Both the position numbers and the translations under genes were made by a program. 64,000 nucleotides of DNA from the human T2T-CHM13v2.0 reference genome, Homo sapiens: NCBI RefSeq assembly GCF_009914755.1, contig NC_060936.1; one strand, written 5' to 3'. The notes beneath the pieces were generated by a model. The model searched no databases. It saw only the letters and a list, made by a program, of their open reading frames with translations, and had not been told where the DNA came from. Each line of letters starts with the position of its first letter. Position 1 is the first letter of the stretch. Shown here piece after piece: positions 14,281 through 27,762 of the stretch.

Positions 14281-15274
14281 ATTTTATAAGGAGACGGTGA
14301 TCAGTCATACAAGCACAAGGACCTCTTCCCCCACCATCTGGTCTGGCTTTGTAACATGTACAGTTTACAGCAAGAGAATAAATATAAAGCTCCGACAACA
14401 GAGGAGAACCCAAAGCCCCTCCTTCAACTTGCTTTCTGTCATGGAATCTACAGATTAGTGTCTCCTTAATACTGGATAAGAATCTCTGAACTTTTTCATT
14501 TCTCCTGTTTCTCATCCCTTTCCTGCCTTTTTCTACAATAATCTCCATTCTTTTCCTTTTCTCTCCCCTCAGCCTCTTTCTTCCATGTTATCTCATCTTT
14601 TATATATGCTGTTCTATCTACAACATACTGAAAGCATAAACGAAAATAAACACAAAATTTTCCAAACTATTTTCTGTCCTGCTTGTTCTTCAAGGACCAC
14701 ATGAATTGTTCCGTCCTCAAAATCTTTCCTGCAGAAAGTATCCTTCAGTTTTTTTCCATTTCCTCAATATTTACAGCATTTATGGTTTGTATCACTCATT
14801 TGGCACCTCCAGATGTAGCCTCTCACTATTTATCTGTTGATCTCTGTCCTGTTCCCCTAACAAGATGATGAAATCCTTTCTGAAAGGCAGAGACATATGT
14901 TTTCAGCATCTACCAGTGTGTTCTACACGGAGTCTGTTATGGTTGATCTTTAATATGAACCTGGTTTAGTTTTGAAGATCTCATGAGTGGTTTGAACTTA
15001 ACAGCACCAGACGCTATAGATATTTTATCATATCTGAGACAACATTCCCAATGTTCAAAATTACTTTCCAGTTGGGTATGCCCAAAAAAATCATTCAGGC
15101 AAGAGTTTTCATTTCAAATATTATAAACTCTATATAGCTGAACAATGTCAGGACAAGCAGTTACTATTCCCCTTCATATAGTTTAGGTAAGCTCTCTTCA
15201 TAGAGGAGCAAGTTGCACCTTCTCATGCAAATAAAAAAATTATCACGGTTTAGGCAAGGCTTTCGTGATGATAA

Positions 15275-15455
15275 TTATAGCAATTACTGGGCCCCTATTA
15301 TGTACCAGGCACTGTCCTTAGCATCTAGTAATCGCATGAAATTCTGACAACTTTAATAAATACTATTATTTTCTGCATGTAAAGAAACTGGGCTTTGGAG
15401 TGTTTAACAACTGGCTCAAGATCACACAGCTAGTAATTTTGGAGCCAGGATTAAA
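15275..15455 (-). mobile_element. MIR
   Basis: tatgtaccaggcactgtcctta...aaagaaactgggg...caagatcacacagctagtaa...gagccaggatt. Confidence 0.7.
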
Positions 15456-16692
15456 AGTATTTAGCCTTACATATAATAGGAGCTTTAATAAAATATGTAA
15501 TTATGATGATAAAATATTTTCCTAAACTCCTCGCAGTTATGTCTTTTATATTTTTATGTAGCTAGATATTTTGTTAGACTGTATATTGCCAAATACATAA
15601 TCATATGAAGCAGTAACAATAACGTTAAATAATGTTACTTCAAATACAAAAGAAAAAAGTTTTGGCATAATACATAAAATTATTATAACTAAAGCTTCTG
15701 GAACCTGGTACATACGTCCCCTAACTTGCTACAGCAAACCTATGAGGTAGGTATTACTGTATTATTATAATATACATGATACTTGCAATAATTTATAATA
15801 AAAAATTATAATAGAATCTAGTATCACTCGAAAGTTTTTTCACCTTTTGTCCATTTGTAGAAATCATAATAAAAATTATAATGGACTCTAGTATACCTGA
15901 AAAGTTTTCTAGTATACCTGAAAAGTTTTTCCACATTCTTTCCATTTGCAAATGTAAAAATATCATTTGATAAAAGATCATTAAATATTGTATTTATATA
16001 AGATTTTAAATATTAAAAAAAGAAATAATAGTTGCAATCTCTTCAAATATATCTTTTCAAGCAGTTCATAAGGTATGGTTACATTTATGTCTGATAAATG
16101 CATTTTGTTCAATGAGAATTTGATGTAATTATTTTTAAAGTCTTGAATGCTCAAGGATTATTGATCTGAATCACATCAACTAATGGTTTAATCAACAGGT
16201 CACCTACAAACAGCAATATGAATTAATTTGATATACTGCTGTGCTTGCATTGCAAAATGATTTATTTCTTGCCCAGACATAATTATAAAACTGTAAGAGA
16301 TGTTCAATCATACATTGAACTTTTCTAAGAATTTCATTAGACTTTGTTTTTTCACATTAATTGAAATGTTCTAGAGGATAACCTACATGGAACCAAATTT
16401 GAGTATAGCTGTGGTGCCTATAAAACAAGGAGACTTAATCTTGTTAGTATAAATGCCATAAATTACTGGCTCAGGGACCTACAGTTGTGTTTTCATATGC
16501 CCAGAATCCATTTAGTAAATTCCCTTTGCCAATTCACTTAATGGCAGCACAGCACTCTCAAAATATTAATTGTTAACCAGTCTGAAACATTAACAATTGA
16601 TGTTATTATACCATTATCCTCATTTTATTGTAGAAAACCTTATTGCAATTTTATGGCCCTTTGATTAATGCAGTATTTCTTTTTTAATGCAG

Positions 16693-17339
16693 GCAAATGG
16701 TTTAACTATGGAATTATCTTCCTCGTCTTGATTTTGGATCTTAATATGTGGAAGAACCAAATATTTTATAAACCTCATGAATATGGGCAATATATCGGCC
16801 CGGGGCAGAAGATATATACAGTGAAAGACTCAGAAAGTTTAAAAGATTTGAACAGAACCAAGCTATCCTGGGAATGGAGGTCCAATCACACTAACCCTCG
16901 GACTAATAAAACATATGTTGAGGGAGACATGTTCTTACACAGCAGGTTCATAGGAGCCAGTCTTGATGTCAAGTGTCTGGCCTTTGTTCCAAGCCTGATA
17001 GCCTTTGTGTGGTTTGGATTCTTTATTTGGTTCTTTGGACGATTTTTGAAAAATGAGCCACGCATGGAGAATCAAGACAAAACTTACACTCGCATGAAAA
17101 GAAAATCTCCATCAGAACATAGCAAAGACATGGGAATCACTCGAGAAAACACCCAGGCTTCAGTAGAAGACCCCTTGAATGACCCTTCTTTGGTTTGCAT
17201 CAGGTCTGACTTCAATGAGATCGTCTACAAGTCTTCCCACCTAACCTCGGAAAACTTGAGCTCACAGTTGAACGAATCTACTAGTGCAACAGAAGCTGAT
17301 CAAGACCCAACGACTTCTAAAAGTACACCTACGAACTAG
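16693..17339 (+). CDS. TMEM117: TMEM117 terminal coding exon (GKWFNYGIIFLVLILDLNMW...SKSTPTN*)
   Basis: Acceptor tttcttttttaatgcAG|GC. Lies within the longest ORF in the window (16668-17339). Encodes two hydrophobic TM-like segments (YGIIFLVLILDL; CLAFVPSLIAFVWFGFFIWFFG), N-glycosylation sequons in the loop between them (NRT, NHT, NKT) and a Ser/Thr/acidic C-tail. Phase matches the upstream exon. Confidence 0.95.
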
Positions 17340-18427
17340 ACTCGGAGATAGACTTGGAGATAACACAAAAAGCAACCTTGAGTGTAACTTTAAAAATTTA
17401 GTCTTTCCTTTTGTATATGTAAGGTTTACGTAGTGTTAGGTAAAAATATGAACAATGCCACAACGGTGCTCAACATGCTTTTTCTAGGATTCATTGTTTT
17501 CTATTTGTATTATAATACACGTGCCTACTGTATACTCAACAGTCCTCTAGAGATTGCTTTTCACAATTGCACAAGCTATTACTGACTTTACAGCATAGTG
17601 GAAGATTAGCTGATGACCCATGTATCTGATGTTCAACCATAGTGGTGCCTTGAGACATTAAACTGTTTTTAACTGTACCAGAAATGAAGTGTGGAACAGT
17701 TACCTAACCTATTTCACATGGGCGTTTTGTATACAACTATTTTGATCTACACTTGATGTCTGAGCAGAAAACAGAAATAGCTAAATGTGACTCAGGAAGT
17801 ATCTCTTGGTTTCTTATTCAGCAGCAGAGTTGGTGACTTTGACAACTGGACTGCAGAGAAACATGGTGATCACCTTTTAATTTTTATTGGCTGTCTGCCA
17901 AATATAAATACAGATGCAAAATTCAGTAATAGGAGATCCATAACCCAACATGGGTCACTACTCGTGAAATGTGACTTTCTCCCACCAGTAATTGAAATGA
18001 GGTGATGATACCTAATTATGTTTTCCTAATTAAAGATAAATTGCTACTTGATTAAAAATCCTGCCCTTCACCTTTGGGAACAAAGGTTAAGAGACACAGT
18101 TGGGCGAACTCTCAAATTTATTGGCATTTACACAAAGTCCCAGACAACCAAGGAACTGAAGTTTTCATCATATGAGAGCAGCACATCCCACCATTTACAA
18201 TATTCGTATATCTTTCTGCAAATATGGCTCTGGATAGTGAAAATTGAAAAACATATGCCAACCCTGAGCAAGGGAACTCCTCAAAAAATCATGCAGCGGA
18301 ACCTTGTCAGGTAGAGAAGCCGTGCATGAAAGAATTTGTTTAATGTCTTGTTTTGCGTATGTGTTTTTTGTTTTTGTTTTTTAAGAACTAAATATTGCAC
18401 ATTAATAAATAAGAATTATACAGCAGT
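17340..18427 (+). other. TMEM117: TMEM117 3'UTR (~1.1 kb, no recognisable repeats)
   Basis: Runs from the stop codon to a canonical poly(A) signal; the end is estimated ~15-20 nt past AATAAA. Confidence 0.8.
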
Positions 18428-18455
18428 GATTATGTGATGTAGTTTTTTGTTTAAT
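18347..18455 (+). terminator. Cleavage/polyadenylation signal: U-rich upstream element, AATAAA (18404-18409), GU/U-rich downstream element
   Basis: tgttttttgtttttgtttttt upstream, AATAAA, CA dinucleotides ~12-17 nt downstream, then tgtgatgtagttttttgttt. Confidence 0.8.
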
Positions 18456-18865
18456 TGTATCTTGGCTTAAGAAAAGTCCATTTACATGGGGTTTTTATAG
18501 CTTGATGCCAGGCAAGTTAAGAGAAGGCACACTGCCAACTTGCTTTCAATTTTGTTCCATAAATTGTGGTTACGTTTCTTGAGGGGGTGAGGGAGATCAC
18601 TTTTAAGGAAAAATTATTTTCCTGTCACACACTGACATAGCTGCATTTTTTCTTTATGATTTTTTAAATCTCTCTTGTTTTGATCTATCTACTTTTAAGC
18701 TTGCAGCATACTGAATTTAGCATGCATAATAGAACTATGCATTTATCTGTCACTTGAGAGCCAGCTTTAATAAACATCTTTACTAAGCATTTGGAACCAT
18801 GCCCCTGCTGTTACTTTTACCTTTAATAGCCATGCATGGTGCTACTTAGAATCATAAACATATCT

Positions 18866-18866
<1 letters not shown>

Positions 18867-18898
<32 letters not shown>
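18867..18898. repeat. (AC)16 microsatellite
   Basis: Directly visible. Confidence 0.97.
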
Positions 18899-18901
<3 letters not shown>

Positions 18902-21188
18902 TGCAGAGATCAAGCTCACTATAGTAACCCATTGCCCATACTATCTAAAGGAACTTACCATGTATGTCTGATAGGTGGCAACACTAGCTATTACTAAATT
19001 TTGGCAGCCTAGAACATTCAACTTTTAGCTCTGGGACATGTAAATAATAACACCTAGTACCACATTTTTATTTATTCTGAAAGTCATTGTCTTATAGAAT
19101 GACGAAAGAAGTTGATTTAGAAAGTAGACGTTTATTATCAATATGCATGACTTATAAAAATATTATTTGAGAATTTTTACATGGGTATTAATGGAAAATG
19201 TTTTAATGAGAAAATCTAATTAGCAGAAGTAAGACAGAAAAAAAATAACAAACTTAGAACAACATGTTTATGTGTTTCTAGGGATTAGCTAGAAAAACTA
19301 TTAAAAAAATGAAAATATATATTTAAATTTTCATAAATTTAGTAACAAATGGAACAATTTCCAAGGACATTTTAATAGTCAAACAAGACTTCAGCCTTCT
19401 AAGGCTTCCAACTGTTGAATTGTATATACTGATAGTGACCTTTTCTTACCTACATATGGATCTACTTTCTTCTTTTGCTGCCTCTTTTGGGTATTGCATT
19501 TATACCAAGTAAAGATACTAAAATGAAATAAACTAAAAATTAAATCCATTCACATTCAGTCTTGAATCCTGAGTCATACCAATAGACTGAGACTCTACAG
19601 AGATTTTTGAATACCAAAACTTTTAAACTATTAAGGACATTTTAAAAAGAGATGTGTAGCAATCTCAGAAATTGAGGTTAAAAAAAAGGATTTAAAAAAT
19701 TACTAAGCACAGATTCTAAAGAAAGCTTAACAAATGTGATGTCTTAATTGCAGTGATGCTTAAGTACTATAAACAATTATATTTCTACTGTTCAGTAATT
19801 ACAGTACTTTCTTCCACATAGTGCAGAATTTGAACTAATTTGACATAATTTTAGTATCCTACATTTATAAAGTACTTCATTAGTAGTTGAAATGGAAAAT
19901 TAAATAAACACTATGAATTTGTGCCTGATAATATACACTTAGACATAAATCTCATCACCACATGTCTATTTGTATTGTATAATCATAATTAGTTACCCTA
20001 TTTTCTCCCCATGGTAGCTACTTATGTTACCTTATCTTTTAGCATAGCTGAGATCACCAGCAAATTCTGTTTAAAATGTTAAGAATTATTTCTTCTCCAT
20101 CTGCCCTAAGAGTCAACCAGGTACAAATTTTTTTTATTTTTGTAGTATCAGATTTCACACAAGTAATGTCCAAAAACACTGCACCACTGGCTGACAGTAC
20201 AGTGGAAAGAAGTCCAACACAGGCATTCAGATTTGAAGGAGGGAGTCAATACATGGTAGCTCACCACTGGGCTCCATAAGCAATTTTATCACATTATTTG
20301 GCTTCCCCATGGGTCACCAACACAGCCCAATATGAAATATGAGAAAGACAATGCTAATAAATCCTAAATGTCTCTATAACTGATAATTCAGGAGGCCAAC
20401 TGGATTATCTGACATTCAGCTAAGACCTCAGTACCCTGCCATTGTTTCTCATCTGCCTTCACTCTGAACTAACCCTTATTTTAAATTTCAACTCATGCTT
20501 AGGCAGCTACAAGTAGGGTATTATGCTTATATTGGTTTTTCCCTCTGAGACTGACTTGGCTCACTACTCTATCTGGCCTGATTTCTTCGAGCTTTGTCCC
20601 TCAGAACCCAACTCTGACCTATTAGCCAGCCCGTACCCTTGAGACAGCAAGAGCAACTCAATTAATTCTGCAGCAGATAAACTGGCACTTTCCTCATTTA
20701 TCCCCATTTAGACGTTTAAACATGTTTGTGTGCATAGAGTTGTAATTAGTGAGTATAAATATAGGTAACAGAGTCAAGCTCAGAAACGTTTGGGTTGCTT
20801 CCATTTAGACTGGCCTAGAACTGTCTTATTTGAACAACTAGGGAAGTTTAGATGTAGTATTTATAACTCACAAGTCACTCTTGTTGAAGAAACTAGAAAA
20901 AGAGGTGGATATTTATAATGAAAAGAGAAGGTTAGGCAGATGGTGGAGAACAAGTGGAGGTTTCAGCAATGAAATCTTAGAAATAAAAACAGCAGTTTTA
21001 CTTTAAACAGGCTTTAAAACTGCAGGGAGAGAATAGCCTCTATGAAAGGAACTTTACCATAAAATTCTCATTAGGCTAGTACTCTTATGTGTTGTGTAGA
21101 GGACTCAAAAGTTATGTTCAACATAGCTGACTGAGGGTATTACATAAAAGGCTGGTTGGTTGGTTAGTTGTTTTGCTGGTTAGCTGGC

Positions 21189-21438
21189 TTTTTTTTATTA
21201 TTATTATACTTTAAGTTTTAGGGTACATGTGCACAATGTGCAGGTTAGTTACATATGTATACATGTGCCATGTTGGTGTGCTGCACCCATTAACTCGTCA
21301 TTTAACATTAGGCATATCTCCTAATGCTATCCCTCCCCCCTCCCCCCACCCCACGACAGGCCCCGGGGTGTGATGTTCCCCTTCCTGTGTCCATGTGTTC
21401 TCATTGTTCAGTTCCCACCTATGAGTGAGAACATGCGG
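21189..21438 (-). mobile_element. Young L1PA (L1PA3/4-like) 3'-end fragment, ~250 bp
   Basis: ttattatactttaagttttagggtacatgtgcac...ccctcccccctccccccacccc...gagtgagaacatgcgg; short TSD-like ggctt(t/c)tt followed by AA. Confidence 0.92.
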
Positions 21439-22094
21439 CTTCTTAAACATTCTAGCATTGAAATTACTCTAAGTCTACCCCAGGGAGCATGATGAGACCT
21501 GGGAGGGGAGAAGTGTTACTGTGAAAGAAACTACAGTAGGCAACATGAGAAGAGAAAGAAAAATCACATCAATTTAGAGAGACTGGAACATCCTTGATGG
21601 AAGAACAAACATCAGGGCAAATTTGGCTTGTAAGCATATTATCAGCATATAAAAGCTGATATCCTGTAAATGAAAATATCTTCCAGGTACTTTCTCCTAG
21701 AGAGAGATTCTGAAAAAATTTAATGAGAAACAAAATTGGAAAGTATTACTAATTTAATATGTATAAAATACTACTGATAATATTTTAATTTAGTGTGAGG
21801 TATCAATTATTTTACTTTAGTGAATATAAAACATATATTTCACAGGTTTATATATCTACCTCCAACATAAGCTCTCCTAAGGTCTAAATTCCTTAATACC
21901 AACTGTACTATTGGGCTTTTTAAGGACTTACATAACTGAGAAAGACCACGATAATTTATAATTGAGAATCACAGTAACAAAACAAATTTATAGATACTCC
22001 TTGCTCTAATAAACTTTTTCACCCTATCCAGATCTTTGCTTAATTCTCATATTAATGATACCACCATTTTGAATATTTTCTATGTGAAAATAAA

Positions 22095-22265
22095 TATTCC
22101 ATTCAATACTCACATTAACCTTAACAATTGAAGGTAAGTAGGGTTAATTTCACTATACAGATGGTGAACCTCAGGCTTAGAGAGGTTTTTTTGACTTGCC
22201 CGAGGACTGAAAGCTAGCCAAATGCAAAGTCAAGATTGGAATTCAGTCTTGTCTGACTCCAGTTT
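22095..22265 (-). mobile_element. MIR
   Basis: acagatggtgaacctcaggcttagagagg...gacttgcccgagg...gtctgactcca. Confidence 0.7.
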
Positions 22266-23899
22266 TCCATCACAAACATCTATAAACACCCATCAAAACC
22301 AGAGTATCTGTATCAAATGGGATCTTTGGTAAGGATAACCTGGGAAATGGTTGTAAAGCCATAAATATGCTTAACTTCTAGCAATTCTTACCGCTCAAGA
22401 ATCTAAGTCAAATATTAATTTTTAATAACTGCCTGGATGTAATTTACAATTTAAAGCATATGATTGAAACAGATAAGGTCAAATTAAATGGCAAAAGCAG
22501 TCAGTTCATTGCCCCGTGTTTTGATTTAAGCTACATTTTTAAAACCACAACACAGATTTGTCTCAATACAATTCCTAGCACTGGAATTTGTTTCTTTTGT
22601 CATTTCACTTTCTTTGGGGAAGGGAGACTGGAGCTCTGCATGTTTTGAACACATCCCCAGGAGAATGTTAGAGGAAGAACTGGTAGTTATGAATATTAAA
22701 ACAAGGGAAAAAAAGATTAGCTAATGGCCAGTTCTAGGAAGCATAATTTGAATATGGGCTCTAGAGACAACCATATTTTGAAAACCATATTTTGAAATGA
22801 TGACTCCAAATTTATTATTTTTAAGAATCCTTATCCAGGTATCAAGACTGGCCATGAAGATGTTTCCCTTGACGTGATGAGCCCTATTCTCATCCCTGGA
22901 ATGGAAATTCTTCACAGGGTTTCGAAGAGGACCAAAGAAGACTGTATATATGTGAAAGCATGCAGGTAGCTGCAACAAGTCATGCAGATGTGAGGTGAAT
23001 ATGACAGGCATGGGCTCCAGTCCCCTCTAGTGCCCAGCTTTCAACAGAACCCCCTTGGCTTCTTCCAAGTTGATGCTGCCATTAAACATGGTTAGGCCAT
23101 TTGCTCCCAATTTTCTGTCCCTGTTGGTTGCTTTGAACTCTACAAGCTGCAATGTAATCCCTTTTCACTTGTAACAGAAGTTCAGATCCCTTAGTTTAAA
23201 GCAAGCAGCTATATTGTGTGAAATCAATGGTCATAATCCCTTGGAGCTGCTGGGCCAAACTTATTCCTCAAGGTTTCCTAGGCTCTAGAGTTCTAAATTA
23301 TTTCCTTCTTTTTATGATTTCTTTACTAGCTTCTCTTATCAGGACACTCTCATCTTGCCAGTAATCCACCACCTTTCATAAATCCTGAAGTGAAAGTGCT
23401 TGTGTCTTCAGCATTTAAAGAAAGCTGACACATGCACCTGAGCCCCTGCACTTTAGGATCTTCCAGCTGTATTTGGATGAAGTTGAGGTAGCCACTTCTG
23501 AATTGGGATGTCACTCTAGCCTTGCCTTTTAGAAAGCTCACCTTGGCAGCCTGTGGAATCAGGGCAACACTTCAGCCAAGCCACAGTGCTTTGTAGAATA
23601 AAATTTTAAAACAGTGTCAGGGTTTTCCATTCACCATATAGACTTATTTGCTTTGAATACATCATTTTATCTGGATAGCAGTTGACTTCAACCAAACCAC
23701 ACTAGAAAATATCTGCATTTAAAAACAGTTACTCTTGACTGAAACAAAATGTGTAAGATGAGACGAAGAGCAATGGCCATATCAGGAAAGATAACTCTAA
23801 CAATTACTCTTCAAGCTTGATAACCATGAAATTACTATAAAATTATCTTTGAACAAATTATAATGTTTTTGCATTTGAAGCACAACATGTTGAACTTCA

Positions 23900-25110
23900 A
23901 ATACACTAGAAAACTCAGAGGCTCTGTCATTTACATATCCAAATGGTCTCCAAAATGAATAGATTTTATTTACTTCTGTCTCCTATAATTGGTCCACTAT
24001 CCTATTCCCCATCATTATCACTACTGCCATGCTGCAATCTCATATTCTATTCCAAAGATGACTGCAATTAATCTTAATTGGTCTTCCTGGCTCTCACCTT
24101 TTCCAGTGCTATCTATTCTCCACACTTGTACCAGAATAATATTTCTGAAGTGTAAATCCGATTGTAACACTTCACACTTTCAGTGGCCAGTTATTGCCCA
24201 GCAGTGGTTTTCAAAAGTATTGTGTACAAGTCCAAAATCCCACTGGCTTAACACAATAAAAATCAATTCCTTGCTCATATGGCCACTGAACTGGGTGTTC
24301 ACTGGGTAGCCTTACATACAATGACTCAGGGACTCAGACATGTTTCAGCAAGAGGTTCTTTGACTTTCTAGGGTCTTACAGTCTTCAGCATATTCAGCAG
24401 GCTGGTGATGAAGGAGAGCAGGTGAGGAAGATGCTGTAAGAATTTTCAGGAATAGACTTGGAAGTGGCATATATCACTTCTTGCATTCCATTGGCCAGAA
24501 CTCAGTTACAGCCTGTGCCTAACTGCAAGGAATGCTAGGAAATGCTGTTCAGCTCTATGCCCACAAAGGACATGGAACAAGTTTCAGGAGTTTCTGGTCA
24601 GAAGAGCATTTGCAAAATATGCCCAGCCATGCCTCACACTTGGAAGTACATTCAGTGGGTTTGGGATGGAGCTAGAGCTGAGCTGAGTTTTTAAAGTTCC
24701 ATAGGTGATTCTCTTACAAACATCAATTTGAGAACCACTAATAAAATGCATATTACTGCCTGGCACTCAAGACTGTATGCCAGCTTCTCTGGTTTTCTCT
24801 CCCCTGTCCAGTGACTTCTAACCCTGCAGCCATGTTGAACTACTGACAGCTCTCCATTGCATCACTTGTACCACTCAACTCTGCTTTTGCTCAGTGTCTT
24901 CTGTTTGGAATCCGCTTTTCCACCATAACCAGCAAGACCAATTCAAATATCATCTCTTTTATTAAGTCTTTCTTCATCTTCCAAAATAAAATGTACTGCC
25001 CCTCTCTTGTGTTCCTATATGACCTACCTTTTATCTATTATAGTATCTTTAGCATTTCTTCCACTATATGTTTATATATCTGTGTCTCCTATTAGATTAT
25101 AAACATTTTG
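23900..25110 (+). mobile_element. L2 remnant interrupted by an old MLT1 LTR (~24200-24590) and a MER5-like element (~24600-24740)
   Basis: L2-type ctattctccacac...atttctgaagtgtaaatc motif; MLT1 ggcttaacacaataaaa...ttccattggccagaactcagt; MER5 ccataggtgattctc...ttgagaaccact. Confidence 0.55.
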
Positions 25111-25238
25111 ATCCTGCCTATAATGATGACTTGGTGTGGGGGGGAGGAATTAATTAGCTTTATAGTTTCTGACTCAATAAAATTTGACTGAATAACTACA
25201 TATTAAGTGAAATAATGTACTTAGAATTGATTCATTTA

Positions 25239-25558
<320 letters not shown>

Positions 25559-27624
25559 TTATGTAGCATAATATTCTCAAATTATCTGATCCTCTCCATG
25601 ATAGAGGACTCCATGACTCTGCCAGTCAAATCCTTTCAGTTAAGAGGGAGGCAGGATTATTTCTTACATTCAATATGGGAAATGAGGGGTAAGAATAGAA
25701 AATTTAAAAAATCCAATTTAAAGCGAGTATCCCAGTTGAGCCAGAAAAACTTGAACAAAACTATCAAGTAAGGGAGGCCCACGGTAGGGAGTGAGAGCAA
25801 ACCAGGACAAAGCATGAGAGAGTTAAAACAAAGAGCAGCCAGTCAGAGGGGGCAGCTAGAAGTCCCCTGCACTAATTTCTGAAACAAGAGTGCAATATCC
25901 TCACCTGACTCTTCAGTTTCTTCTTCTACTAGAGCTTTTCATGAGTGAATTGACTGTGATTGATGGGAAGGCAGTTATGTGATGACTGACTCTGTATCTT
26001 GAGATGCCAGTCTTTTAAAAGAAAGGAAATATAATGTCCCCATTCTTTATGTTTTTCTACAGTTCATATCTCTAAGTGCAGACCCATAGCACTTAGTAAG
26101 TTTACAGGCAGGACCAGACAGAATGAAATTGAGATGATGAAACAGGTTTGCATTTTACATGTTGCTCTCTGAAAGCCACAACTGGAAAATAAACACAAGT
26201 CGGAAGCTCTAAAACTCGGACGAACTGTGATTATAGCTGTACTTTTATAACTGGTATCTCAGAACTCCCTAGAAGCTTATTTACATGTTGAAAACATCAA
26301 TTATTCCTCCCATTTGAAATACATAGTTCTTGTAATCAATTGCTTTGAGTCAATGTTTAGAATTATTCATGAAAGAGTTATATTTTAATGGCATTTGATG
26401 AGAACCAGCAGCAGCATCCATTAATTTGATTAGTTGTTTATGGGCTGGAAGAGAAGCCTGGCACCTAGCCCTAAGCAAATCAATTGTGTGAGGTCTAAGC
26501 ATAAGTATCCATCCAAGCCAGCCTTGCCAGCCAGGATTCTACACAGAGTGACAACAGTGGAGGGAGGGCAAAACGTTAGACAAGAAGTGTCTTACGGCCC
26601 CTCTTTCTGCCTGCTTGGCATTTTACCATCAGTTACCTCTTATCTAAAGGCAGTGAGTGTAAGCTGTTTTTCTACTCCACCCTACTCCGGCCCCATACCC
26701 TGTTGTCCTTTCTGAAGGACAGAGTAGAGGGATTTCTGTGGGTGGTTGTTTTTTTTTTTTGTTTGTTTTGTTTTGGTTTTTTTTTTAAACCTAAGGACTT
26801 AAATATGTATCATCATCCAAGCCTGAAAACAAATAAATCTGGACATTGAAGAAAACAGGAGCAAGAGCCAGGGGCCCAATTCCACTGCAGGTTCCTCTGT
26901 TTGAAAGGGTTGAGGAGTAGCTGCCAAAGAAGGCAGAAGAGCCCATGATGCAAGGGATCCAATATGGAGGGAAGTGTAGCAGCAGACACTGCTGGAGCTG
27001 GCAGGGTGTTGTCATTGTCCCAGAGAAATCTGTCCAGTTTGAAGCAGGAAGCATTCCTGGGAGAAGCCAAAGGAAAGCCATACAGACAGCCCAAGCTGGG
27101 ACGTCAACCAGTTTGCATTTTGTGATTGACCAGTCACTTGGCCTCCAATCAAATGGTCTCGGGTTTTGGGCAGGGTACCGGTAGAAAATGGACTGCAGAC
27201 AAGAGACCAGGCTGTATTCTAGTCCCAACCACCAGACACACCATATGGGGGAAAGTAACACCTCAGTGCCCACCCCACCCCCACACAGGAGGAGCTGGCT
27301 CCTGAGAACAGGCCTAACTGCTGGGGGCAGGCTACTGGGACACCGCTGGATTTTGGTAGGAGTCACTCAGTGATTGAACAAAGCCGAATCCACAGACCTA
27401 AGGATGCTCCTGCACAAAAAACCAACTGAAATAATGCCAAAGAATAATGCTTTGCTAAGGCAGGGAAGATTGCATTTGTTTTTATAACAGTCTACCTTCA
27501 AAAAAAGGTAGTCCTTTCTATAGCTATAATTAAGTCATTATTTGTGTCATTATGAGTTTTAAGTGTATCTTTCCCTCTAGTTATTTGTATGGCTCAATCC
27601 TGTATATCTAGTGCCTCTCTCAGG

Positions 27625-27762
27625 ATATATGATAAATGTTTGTGAGGATGGATATGTTAATTAGCTTGATTTAATTATTCCACATTTGTATTACAAAATC
27701 ATAGCATCATTTTGTACTCTATAAATACATACAACTATAACTTGTCTATTTACAATAAACTT
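27625..27762 (+). mobile_element. L1MA-like 3'-end fragment
   Basis: gataaatgtttgtgaggatggatatgttaattagcttgattta...ttgtctatttacaataaa. Confidence 0.75.

Noticed and set aside
16668-16692. ATG at 16668 as the start of a stand-alone 223-aa protein
   Set aside because: MQYFFFNA is the intronic polypyrimidine tract and acceptor. The coding part begins at 16693 by splicing from the upstream exon.
18393-18408. TATTGCACATTAATAA resembles the 5' part of miR-32-5p (15/16 nt, recalled sequence)
   Set aside because: It overlaps the poly(A) signal, diverges over the rest of the mature sequence, and only a loose stem is possible. It is in sense orientation, so it is not a target site in the mRNA. Most likely coincidence.
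21331-21368. G-quadruplex-forming C/G tract
   Set aside because: A standard feature of every young L1 3'UTR; not locus-specific.
25838-25858. CTCF-like AGGGGGCAG motif (similar partial matches at ~2040 and ~18970)
   Set aside because: Only the 3' half of the consensus matches; not supportable without ChIP data.
26791-27366. 191-aa minus-strand ORF
   Set aside because: No recognisable domain, non-ATG start, and W/C/S/P-rich composition typical of non-coding frames in GC-richer DNA.
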